NCBI GenBank assembly: GCA_964559985.1
Contig: CAZLJX010000004.1
Location: 24,571 to 88,570, forward strand
Reading direction: 5' to 3'
Origin: an uncultured Bacteroidales bacterium
Lineage (GTDB): Bacteria > Bacteroidota > Bacteroidia > Bacteroidales > CAZLJX01
DNA length: 64,000 bases
Positions 56,036-64,000 of this stretch are shown here, piece after piece. The notes beneath the pieces are model-generated. The model was not told where the DNA came from. It saw nothing but the letters and a program-made list of their open reading frames with translations, and ran no database searches. Position numbers and translations under genes: made by a program. Position 1 is the first letter of the stretch. Each line of letters begins with the position of its first letter.

Positions 56036-56983
56036 ATGAACAATGAAAAAATAATTCCGCTATTACGTGGCACTGTTACACATCTTCCCGGAATAAAAAA
56101 AGTAATACCAAACCGCACAGGGGGTACCATTGAAAGCAGGTATTGTTATTCGGTATGGATGAGGCATTTAATATACCTGAGCCATTTTAAAAATGAAATT
56201 CCAGAAAATTGTGCCGAACTCGGTCCCGGTGATTCATTCGGAATCGGTTTGGCTGCGCTATTATCAGGTTGTCAGTGTATTCATGCTTTAGATGTTGTTA
56301 AATACGGCTCAAACAAAAACAACCTCAGAATTTTTAACGAACTGGTTGAACTCTTCAGAAATAAGGCAGACATTCCTGACGAAACGGAATACCCAAATGT
56401 AAAACCCAAAATAGAAAACTATCATTTCCCATCCGGGATAATTTCCGATAAAATCTTACATGAATCTTTATTGGAAAACCGGCTTAATGCCATTAGAAAG
56501 GAAATCTCTGACCTTTATAATCCACAGAACTCGTTCATAAAAGTTTACATACCCTGGAACAATGCCGGTATTATTCAAAATGAAAGTATAGATTTTATTT
56601 ATTCCCAGGCGGTTCTTGAACACGTTGAAAATCTGGAAGATACCTATCTGGCAATGAAAAAATGGCTTAAGCCATTGGGATTCATGTCACATACTATTGA
56701 TTTTAAATCGCATGGTATAACAAAAAGCTGGAATGGGCATTGGTTATTCAGCGATTTTGAATGGAATATTGTAAAAGGTGGTAAACCTTTTCTCATCAAC
56801 AGGCAGCCACAATCAAAACATATTGAACTACATTTAAAGTTCGGATTTGAGATTGCAGTTGCTCTTCCTGTAAAACTGAAAAATAACCTGAAAATAAAAG
56901 ACATATCCGATAAATTCAAAAACTTATCTGAAACTGATCTGACGACCAGTGGTATTTATATCTTATCAAAAAAAATGATCTGA
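56036..56983 (+). CDS. Putative class I SAM-dependent methyltransferase
   Basis: Motif I-like AELGPGDSFGIG, and post-motif FIYSQAVLEHVENL. ATG at 56036; the track start is TTG at 56027. Confidence 0.6.
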   Translation: MNNEKIIPLLRGTVTHLPGIKKVIPNRTGGTIESRYCYSVWMRHLIYLSHFKNEIPENCAELGPGDSFGIGLAALLSGCQCIHALDVVKYGSNKNNLRIFNELVELFRNKADIPDETEYPNVKPKIENYHFPSGIISDKILHESLLENRLNAIRKEISDLYNPQNSFIKVYIPWNNAGIIQNESIDFIYSQAVLEHVENLEDTYLAMKKWLKPLGFMSHTIDFKSHGITKSWNGHWLFSDFEWNIVKGGKPFLINRQPQSKHIELHLKFGFEIAVALPVKLKNNLKIKDISDKFKNLSETDLTTSGIYILSKKMI

Positions 56984-57047
56984 TTTCTGCTTAGCTGGCA
57001 TAATTTGCATTTCCGCCATTGCATTAAAACGATCTGATAAAATAAAT

Positions 57048-57055
57048 TAACTTTG
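57048..57055 (+). promoter_or_regulatory. Candidate -7 promoter box TAacTTTG upstream of asnB
   Basis: TAnnTTTG match 31 nt upstream of the ATG at 57086, in a 100-nt gap. Confidence 0.3.
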
Positions 57056-57085
57056 CTAACCTTGGTTTGTTACAAAAGAATAAAC

Positions 57086-58960
57086 ATGTGCGGCATTTGC
57101 GGAATATTGAACTATAACGGGCAGGATACCGGCGAAATCATAAAAAAAATGACCGCCATCATGGCTCACCGCGGGCCCGATGATGAAGGAACCTGGCATA
57201 ACAATCATATAGCACTGGGACAGCGGCGGCTTTCCATTATAGACCTGTCGCCGGCCGGGCATCAGCCGATGTGGACTGCCGATAACCGCTTTGTGATTGT
57301 ATTCAACGGTGAAATCTACAATTTCCCCGAGCTCCGCAAAAACCTCATCAAAGAAGGAATGGTTTTCCGCAGCCAGTCCGACACCGAAGTGATTCTGTAC
57401 CTCTACAGCAAATATAAAACCAACACTCCTAAATACCTTAACGGCATTTTTGCATTTGCCATATACGACACCTTTGAAAAAGAACTTTTTATTGCCCGCG
57501 ACCATTTTGGTGTAAAACCGTTATATTATTCGGTACACAACAACTGTCTTGCTTTTGCATCCGAAATAAAATCGTTGCTGCAGGCACCCGGTTTCAGTGC
57601 ATCGTTAAACCTGCAGGCGCTCGACAGCCTGCTTACCTTCCGTCATGTGCCATCGCCCGACACCTTGTTTAATGGCATTTTTAAACTTCCGCCTGCCTCC
57701 GGTATGCTTGTAAAGCAGAATGTTGATATGACGATTGAATGTTACTGGGACTACACCCCACAGATAGACTACAAAAGAACCGAAAACGATACCGTTGCCA
57801 GGCTCAGGTTGCTATATGAAGAAGCCATACAACGACAAATGATAAGCGATGCACCGGTTGGCCTGTCGCTCAGCGGAGGTGTTGATTCGGGCGTGCTGAT
57901 GGCCCTGATGTCACAGTTTTCGGGTGCACCCGTAAAAGCATTTACCGTAGGATTTGAAGACGGTGAACAATACAATGAAATTGAAAAAGCCCGGGAGACA
58001 GCAAAAATGTTTGGAGCCGGTTTTTACCCATACCTGATCAAAACCAACGATTATATTGATTTTTTTGAAAAATATATCTGGCATCTCGAGGAACCCATGG
58101 GTAACGAATCGGCAGCTGCCTATTATTTTGTGGCACGCGAAGCCGGGAAACAGGTAAAAGTATTGCTCAACGGACAGGGAATTGACGAAACCATGGCCGG
58201 ATACGACCGCTACCTGGGTGCGGCCTACGGCAGATATTACAGAATGGTGCCGGCTATGATCCGCAACAGTGTTGTGAAACCGCTGGCTTTGCAGCTCAAA
58301 GGCAGGGAACAGCTGAAAAGAAGTGTATTGTCGCTGGGGATAAAAGACGAAAAAGAAAGGCTCCGGCATATTTATTCCATCCTGCCCGGAACCATGAAAC
58401 ATCAACTTTACAATCCCGGGTTCATCCATGCATTAACTGAAAAGAAAGACGATTATTTTTCGGCTTACTATCAACGTACCGGGCATCTGACTGAGCTGGA
58501 GAAAATGCTGTATATTGATGCCCGTACATCTTTGTCCGACAACCTGTTGCTGTGCGAAGACAAAATGGCCATGGCTTCATCGGTCGAGGCAAGGGTACCC
58601 TTCCTTGATGTGCCGTTGGCAGAATTTATCGAAACCATTCCGGGAACTTTGAAGCTGAAAGGATTAAACAGAAAATACATGCATAAAAAAGCGGTTGAAA
58701 AATGGTTGCCCAAAGAAAAAATATACCATAAGAAAATAGGGTTTGACATACCGATGGACTTATGGCTGAAAACAAAACTAAAACCGCTTTTTATGGAACT
58801 CACCGGCAATGCCTCATCAGTAACACACAATTACCTGGACCACAATATGATTGAGCGCATTTATTGCCAGCATGAAACAGGCAGGGAAAATCATACCCGT
58901 TTCCTTTTCCTGCTGCTGAGCATTGAGTTGTGGAACAAAAAATTCCTGATTGATGGCTGA
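57086..58960 (+). CDS. asnB: Asparagine synthase (glutamine-hydrolysing), canonical
   Basis: MCGICGIL (Cys2 nucleophile), RGPDDEG, HRRLSIIDL, ARDHFGVKPLYY and an intact PP-loop SLSGGVDS. The start is taken at ATG 57086. Confidence 0.9.
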   Translation: MCGICGILNYNGQDTGEIIKKMTAIMAHRGPDDEGTWHNNHIALGQRRLSIIDLSPAGHQPMWTADNRFVIVFNGEIYNFPELRKNLIKEGMVFRSQSDTEVILYLYSKYKTNTPKYLNGIFAFAIYDTFEKELFIARDHFGVKPLYYSVHNNCLAFASEIKSLLQAPGFSASLNLQALDSLLTFRHVPSPDTLFNGIFKLPPASGMLVKQNVDMTIECYWDYTPQIDYKRTENDTVARLRLLYEEAIQRQMISDAPVGLSLSGGVDSGVLMALMSQFSGAPVKAFTVGFEDGEQYNEIEKARETAKMFGAGFYPYLIKTNDYIDFFEKYIWHLEEPMGNESAAAYYFVAREAGKQVKVLLNGQGIDETMAGYDRYLGAAYGRYYRMVPAMIRNSVVKPLALQLKGREQLKRSVLSLGIKDEKERLRHIYSILPGTMKHQLYNPGFIHALTEKKDDYFSAYYQRTGHLTELEKMLYIDARTSLSDNLLLCEDKMAMASSVEARVPFLDVPLAEFIETIPGTLKLKGLNRKYMHKKAVEKWLPKEKIYHKKIGFDIPMDLWLKTKLKPLFMELTGNASSVTHNYLDHNMIERIYCQHETGRENHTRFLFLLLSIELWNKKFLIDG

Positions 58961-60113
58961 TAGAAAGAAAAATATTCTGTTTATTGTTGAAAACGATTAT
59001 TTCCCTCAGGATATCAGGGTTTTGAACGAAGTGGTTTCTCTTTCGCAATGTTTTAATTGCTATGTTATTGCCCCTCGCGGAAAAAATCAGCAATGGATTG
59101 AAAAGTATTCCGGATCAACCTGCTACCGGTTTCCGCATATTGAAGCCCGGCAAATACATTTTATTTTTATTGAATATTTAATTGCAGCTTTTTGGATAGC
59201 ATTTTATGTTCCTTTTATTTCCCTTATTAAAAGAATTCGTGTAATTCATGTTGCCAACCCGCCTGATTTTATCATCCCAATAATATGCTGGCTCCGGATT
59301 TCAGGGATAAAAATCATTTTTGACATGCATGACCTTTCGGTCGAGACATTTAAAGGAAAATCAATCAGCCGGACATTAACAGGAAAAATTTTTCAGGCTT
59401 TCCTGGTTTTCTTTGAAAAATTAAGCGTTAAAAGCAGCCATAGAATCATTGCCACCAATCATTCTATTAAAAATTATGCACTGGAGAAAACCAACAAACC
59501 GGTTTTTGTAGTCAGGAACAGTAATCGGGTTATTTACAATAATTTGAATGAAATTAATAAAACCGCATCTGAAAAAATGATCATCGGTTACTTTGGGGTA
59601 TTATCTGACGATGAAGCTTCAGGACTGGAAAATCTGGTTACACTTGCTGATTCTCTGTTAAAAAAAAATATTTCCTTCGAGTTACAAATAATTGGGAGAG
59701 GAACCGGAATAAAAGTTTTGCAGCAAATTCTGGTTACCAGAGGTTTGACAGAATATTTTAAATTTTATGGTTTTATTCCACTTCCTGAAGCTTTTAAATT
59801 TATCAGAAATTTTGATTTCGGACTGGTTACCTGGGGATATATGCCTAAAAACCATCTTCATACTGCCATGAAAATTATGGATTATATGTGTTGTGGCGTT
59901 CCGGTTTGTTCGCTCAGATTAAAAGAACAAATTTATTCAACAAATGGTATTGGAATCCATACAGATGATTTTACAATGATGGCAGATGAGTTAATTAAAA
60001 TATACCGTGATTCAAATATTTATGAAATGTTAAGGCAAAAAACCCTTGATCATTTTAACCAGAATCTGGCCTGGGAAATTCAGGAAAAAAACCTTTTTGA
60101 AGCATATCAATAA
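58953..60113 (+). CDS. GT-B fold (GT4-like) glycosyltransferase
   Basis: NILFIVENDYFPQDIRV and IIGYFGVLSDDE...KIMDYMCCGVPVCS resemble WbuB-like GT4 enzymes. It overlaps the asnB stop. Confidence 0.65.
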   Translation: MADRKKNILFIVENDYFPQDIRVLNEVVSLSQCFNCYVIAPRGKNQQWIEKYSGSTCYRFPHIEARQIHFIFIEYLIAAFWIAFYVPFISLIKRIRVIHVANPPDFIIPIICWLRISGIKIIFDMHDLSVETFKGKSISRTLTGKIFQAFLVFFEKLSVKSSHRIIATNHSIKNYALEKTNKPVFVVRNSNRVIYNNLNEINKTASEKMIIGYFGVLSDDEASGLENLVTLADSLLKKNISFELQIIGRGTGIKVLQQILVTRGLTEYFKFYGFIPLPEAFKFIRNFDFGLVTWGYMPKNHLHTAMKIMDYMCCGVPVCSLRLKEQIYSTNGIGIHTDDFTMMADELIKIYRDSNIYEMLRQKTLDHFNQNLAWEIQEKNLFEAYQ

Positions 60114-60278
60114 TAACTATTGTGAAAAGTTAAAATATCCATTCATATTTTAACCCATTAATAAATAAAGGACTTAATTGATTATCTATTTTACAAATAA
60201 TGATTATACATAAAAGACATATAACTTCTAATATATTGCCCTAATAAAAGATATAATCAGACTTTTTTTAAAATCAGC

Positions 60279-60286
60279 TATATTTG
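60279..60286 (+). promoter_or_regulatory. Candidate -7 promoter box TAtaTTTG upstream of the FemAB-like gene
   Basis: TAnnTTTG match in a 199-nt AT-rich gap, 27 nt upstream of the TTG at 60313. Confidence 0.3.
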
Positions 60287-60312
60287 CCCTGATAATAAAT
60301 GTATTCAGTATT

Positions 60313-61332
60313 TTGATAACGATCATCAATCCTTTAACTGATTCCCGCTGGCTTTCCTTTATATCGGGGAATTCCGGTTCGTGCATTTTTCATCACCCGG
60401 CATGGCTGGTTTTGCTTGAAAAACAATATGGATTTGAAACGAAAGCAGCAGTTTTAACAGAAAATGACAACATTACTGCCGGAATACCCTATGCTGTTAT
60501 TAAAGGTAAAAAATGGATTTCGCTGCCTTTTTCCGATTACTGTAACCCGCTTTTTAACAGCGATGAACAAAAAACATTGCTATGGAGCGAGCTTCATGAT
60601 TTTTTCGGAATAAATTCCGTTACGGCCGAAATCAGGTGGCGTGCGCCTGGTGAAATACCTTTCGCAAGTGTTACTGAGCACTGGCTTCATATAAAAAATA
60701 TTGAAGCGACAGAAAATGAGCTTTTTAGAAGTCTAAAAACCACCCGGGTGCAGCAACCCATACAAAAAGCCATCAAAAATAACCTCACTTTCGAAACCAG
60801 AACCGACCAGGAAGCCATGCAGTATTTTTACCGGCTGCATCTTCAAAACAGGCGCAGGCTGGGTGTTCCGGTGCAACCCCGCAACTACTTTACCCATTTC
60901 AATAACCTGATTATTGAGCCCGGGCTTGGTTTTACCGGTCTGGTAAAAAAAGACGATACAATGATTGCAGCAGCCATTTTCTGCGGTTTCAACCAGACTA
61001 TGACCTATAAATACGGAGCATCTGACCCTGCTTACCATCACCTGTCGCCCAACCATTTTATGCTGTGGAAAGCCATGCTGTTTGCAAAAGAAAAAGGTTT
61101 CAAGGTATTTGATTTTGGCAAAACATCGTTCTCAACACCAGGCCTGCGTGATTTTAAAGCCGGTTTTGGCTGCACAGAAAGCGAACTGTCATTTTCTTAT
61201 TTTCCCCGGCCACCTGCAAAAAATTTTATGGAAAAAACAAACCATTATGTTGTAAAACCCATCCTGAAAAACTCGCCTTTATGGGTCTGCCGCTTTACAG
61301 GGGAGCTTTTTTACAAACGATTCGGAACCTGA
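60313..61332 (+). CDS. FemAB-family / GNAT-fold aminoacyl- or acyl-transferase
   Basis: 339 aa. FHHPAWLVLLEKQYGFE, FYRLHLQNRRRLGVPVQPRNYF and YKYGASDPAYHHLSPNHFMLWKAMLFAKEKGFKVFDFG are typical of FemAB-like proteins found in EPS loci. TTG start. Confidence 0.7.
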   Translation: MITIINPLTDSRWLSFISGNSGSCIFHHPAWLVLLEKQYGFETKAAVLTENDNITAGIPYAVIKGKKWISLPFSDYCNPLFNSDEQKTLLWSELHDFFGINSVTAEIRWRAPGEIPFASVTEHWLHIKNIEATENELFRSLKTTRVQQPIQKAIKNNLTFETRTDQEAMQYFYRLHLQNRRRLGVPVQPRNYFTHFNNLIIEPGLGFTGLVKKDDTMIAAAIFCGFNQTMTYKYGASDPAYHHLSPNHFMLWKAMLFAKEKGFKVFDFGKTSFSTPGLRDFKAGFGCTESELSFSYFPRPPAKNFMEKTNHYVVKPILKNSPLWVCRFTGELFYKRFGT

Positions 61333-61337
61333 GATGG

Positions 61338-64000
61338 CTATTTCACCACTTTCAGGTGGTATATTCCGCCCCCCAGCCTCACTGTGATAAAATATACGCC
61401 GCTGCATTGCAAAAAGCACTGATACTGGTTATTCCCCGGTTCAACTTCAAAGCATAAGTGTTTCACAACTTTGCCGTTTACATCGTTCATTTCCATGTCG
61501 GCCAGCAACCGGTTATTGGTATAATTGACAATAACCAGGGCATCATTAGTTAATGAATAATACATTTTAAAAGCCTCTGTACTGGTAATTATATTTACCG
61601 GTTTAACGGCCAGAAACTGATATATGCCGTTAAAGTCAAACTGTTGCAAACGGTAATAGGATAAACCATAAAAAGGATTTTGGTCGGTGATGGAGTAATC
61701 CGTTCTGACTTGTGAATTTCCGGCCCCTTCAACAAAATCAACCCTGATCCAGTTTTTACAGTCGGTGCTTTTTTCAACCATAAACCCGCTGTTTTCCGAT
61801 TCACTGGCTGTAGCCCAGTGTATTATCACTTTTCCCTGATGCGGATATGGTGTAAAATAAAGCAGTTCAACCGGTAGTGGAGATTCTCCCTGTTCAAGGG
61901 TAAAATCGCTGAAACCAATTACAGAACTTGCCGTTACGGTATTGGCGCTGATATCACGGGTACATGGATATGACCTCCATGCATTCTCAGGCGTTGAGGT
62001 GGGTAAAGGATAGATATACGGGTTTTTTGCAATATTCATCGCCGATTCATCATCAATGGTCTGCATCATACTTTCATCGTAATAAAGGGTCAGGTCGTAG
62101 GTATAATTCGCGATGTCGCCACCAGTGGCTGTAATCCGCCAGAAACCATTTCCAAACCTTGTTCCGGCTAATGTACCAAGTGCATCATCGGCAGGATTTT
62201 TACCAATAAAACCTTTCAGGTCAACGGTTGGGAAATCACTTCCGTGCCAGGTAATAGCAGCATAGGTTTTGCCTGCAAAGGTATAGGTAGTGGTATTTCC
62301 ATCAGCGATGGAACCGGTCTGGTCGGCCGAAACAGGATCGACCGAAGGGGTAAACTCATAGGCTCCGATATCGGTTGCCCCGCTGGTAATTGCTGTATAG
62401 CGTACATTTCCGGCATAATCAGTGGCAATAGTCAGTTGGGTTCCCTGTCCGTTCAGAAACCAGCATTCTGTATTGGCTGACTTTACCGACAAATCGCCGC
62501 CGGCAATATTGGTAAACAGGTTCCCGGCATTGAGCTGGCTTGCTGTGGTAGAGGCAGCTGTATAAACAGCTGACAAACTTCTTGCATCACAGCCTGTTAC
62601 GCTTTTCCATTGGGTAAAAGTACGGGCAAAACCTCCAAAGTAACCAATCTGAGATGATGAATTGGATACCAACAGGTTGTAATTCGATGTATTACCCCAT
62701 CCGGTTGATGCTCCCTGGTTGCTGATGGCATAATGCCCCCCTGTGCCACCGCTCCTGAAATTGATAAAAGCATTGTTTTTATAATTCATGACAAAATTTT
62801 CCGGTGTTGTGCCTCCAAATTGTCCCCTGATAAGGCCAAAAGATGAAATAGCCCCTGAAGATACAGTTCCGGAAATAACAACGGTATTATAAAAAATATT
62901 GGTACTCACCGATGCCGAAGGATTTGTATTGAGCCAGATTCCGGCAAACTGAGTGTTGGTAGTTGTTCCGTTGCCCAGCGAAATGACATTGTTGGCCACA
63001 TCAATACCGGCAACTACAGCTCCGGCAGTGATTCCCGAGGCAGTTGCAGGGGTGCCGGTATTGTTCCTTGTTGATAAATTGGTCAGGTTATAAATTTTAT
63101 TTTTTGATATCTGTGGCGATGTAGCTGCTGTAACAACAATACCGCTGACATTGGTCTGAACAGTGCCCGTATTGGTGGCAGACAGATTATAAATGGTATT
63201 GCCATTGATAGTAACGCCTGAAGTACTTGCACCATAGGCATTTATTCCGGAGATGGTTTGATTCAGCACATCGGTTTGTACCGACGAAGCAGTAAAATTA
63301 TAAATCAGATTGTCAGAAATGATGGCCATCCCTGTTCCGGTATGATGAATTCCCCTGAGCTGTGCATTGCCTGTTGAGGTAGCGGAAAAATCATGAATCT
63401 GGTTATTGCGGCAGGTAAAATAAGATGAACCTTCGTGTCTGATTCCCGAAATATCGGTAGCTCCTGAAGTTATATCCGAAATGATATTGCCCGAAGTTGT
63501 ACCTACCAGATTATTTCCGCCGGCAACCAGAATTCCGTAGAAAGCAGTGCCTGATGTTCCCTGAACATCGAAATGCTGAATGGTATTATTATCTATACGG
63601 GATGGATTTGTCGTTCCTGAATAGATGTATATGCCCCTGATTGAAGTTCCTGAAGCATTTTGCCAGTTGCCTCCGCCACAACTGGTGGTCCTGCCGCCGA
63701 TAAAATTACCTGAAACCGTCAGGGCATTACCATCGATAATGATGATGGCAGTTTGTGAACCTGTTGGTGCAGGCGACTGGTTATCGAAAAAATGATTGGA
63801 TACCACCGACGATGAATCGCCAATATACCTGAAATATATCCCAGTGCGGCTGAAGTTATAAATACTGTTCCCGGAAACAGTAATTTTTTTATTCCCTGTA
63901 CTATATGAATAAAGCAGGTAATAAGGAATTCCAATGGTTCCGCCCGTTGAGGCCGTAATATTATTGTTTGAAATGGTAATTTTCTGATTTGTGCCTGTTG
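61338..64000 (-). CDS. Large secreted right-handed beta-helix repeat protein with a T9SS C-terminal sorting domain, 5'-truncated by the window edge
   Basis: Repeated N.I.N/D..(S/A)..G(I) turns (NNTIQHFDVQG, GNIISDITSG, NNQIHDFSAT, DNLIYNFTAS, GNTIYNLSAT, KNKIYNLTNL) and a C-terminus ending GVYFITVRLGGGIYHLKVVK. The same frame has no stop between 63806 and 64000, so the GTG at 63806 is not the true start. Confidence 0.85.
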   Translation of the reverse strand, partial: TGTNQKITISNNNITASTGGTIGIPYYLLYSYSTGNKKITVSGNSIYNFSRTGIYFRYIGDSSSVVSNHFFDNQSPAPTGSQTAIIIIDGNALTVSGNFIGGRTTSCGGGNWQNASGTSIRGIYIYSGTTNPSRIDNNTIQHFDVQGTSGTAFYGILVAGGNNLVGTTSGNIISDITSGATDISGIRHEGSSYFTCRNNQIHDFSATSTGNAQLRGIHHTGTGMAIISDNLIYNFTASSVQTDVLNQTISGINAYGASTSGVTINGNTIYNLSATNTGTVQTNVSGIVVTAATSPQISKNKIYNLTNLSTRNNTGTPATASGITAGAVVAGIDVANNVISLGNGTTTNTQFAGIWLNTNPSASVSTNIFYNTVVISGTVSSGAISSFGLIRGQFGGTTPENFVMNYKNNAFINFRSGGTGGHYAISNQGASTGWGNTSNYNLLVSNSSSQIGYFGGFARTFTQWKSVTGCDARSLSAVYTAASTTASQLNAGNLFTNIAGGDLSVKSANTECWFLNGQGTQLTIATDYAGNVRYTAITSGATDIGAYEFTPSVDPVSADQTGSIADGNTTTYTFAGKTYAAITWHGSDFPTVDLKGFIGKNPADDALGTLAGTRFGNGFWRITATGGDIANYTYDLTLYYDESMMQTIDDESAMNIAKNPYIYPLPTSTPENAWRSYPCTRDISANTVTASSVIGFSDFTLEQGESPLPVELLYFTPYPHQGKVIIHWATASESENSGFMVEKSTDCKNWIRVDFVEGAGNSQVRTDYSITDQNPFYGLSYYRLQQFDFNGIYQFLAVKPVNIITSTEAFKMYYSLTNDALVIVNYTNNRLLADMEMNDVNGKVVKHLCFEVEPGNNQYQCFLQCSGVYFITVRLGGGIYHLKVVK

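Noticed and set aside
57911-58429. 172-aa minus-strand ORF inside asnB
   Set aside because: It is antisense to a canonical asparagine synthase and is a shadow ORF.
63804-63806. GTG at 63806 as the start of the beta-helix T9SS protein
   Set aside because: The same minus-strand frame has no stop codon between 63806 and the window end. The upstream translation continues the same N.I.N repeat pattern (…ITISNNNITASTGGTIGIPYYLLYSYSTGNKKITVSGNSIYNFSRTGIYFRY…), so the gene is truncated by the window.
1-64000. Search by eye for rRNA, tRNA, CRISPR arrays, IS elements, integrases and long direct or inverted terminal repeats
   Set aside because: I found no repeat-spacer periodicity, no transposase or integrase-like ORFs, and no cloverleaf-compatible GC-rich segments in the few intergenic gaps. 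This absence should be confirmed with tRNAscan-SE, Infernal, CRISPR finders and ISEScan.

Overview
This is a low-GC, gene-dense chromosomal window of about 60 real ORFs with very little non-coding DNA. It looks Bacteroidota-like: two large secreted proteins end in T9SS type-A C-terminal sorting domains, there are lipoprotein signal peptides and TAnnTTTG -7 boxes, many start/stop codons overlap, and several genes appear to use TTG or GTG starts. From left to right the window holds a 5'-truncated transketolase and an orphan receiver. Next comes a tightly packed 7-gene signalling operon: CheR, a degenerate CheR paralogue, a REC-less CheB, a TM-GAF protein, and a SiaA/SiaB/SiaC-like partner switch (PP2C phosphatase, kinase, phosphoprotein). 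It is followed by an ABCG-type transporter with a long N-terminal extension. Then come two secreted proteins, purD, an MGS-like protein lacking the catalytic Asp, and a T9SS cargo protein. After that is a lasso-like RiPP-type cluster with no cyclase. It encodes a PqqD/RRE protein, a 49-codon precursor ORF absent from the ORF track (YSKP leader motif, its own terminator hairpin), an HPr-kinase-like kinase, an S24/S26 peptidase and an ABC exporter. It sits next to a LytTR regulator and a propeller-PAS-PAS histidine kinase. A stand-alone ferredoxin follows, then a roughly 31-kb glycan locus of 28 ORFs on one strand. That locus has Wzx/Wzy, 7 glycosyltransferases, WecE, an unusual density of amide-bond-forming enzymes, an Arn/Gtr-like lipid-carrier module, and a MaoC+CitE pair split by an AbiEii-like nucleotidyltransferase pair. 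The window ends in a 5'-truncated beta-helix T9SS protein. I recognised no rRNA, tRNA, CRISPR array, transposase or integrase. All functional calls rest on motif recognition by eye and need HMM or BLAST confirmation.
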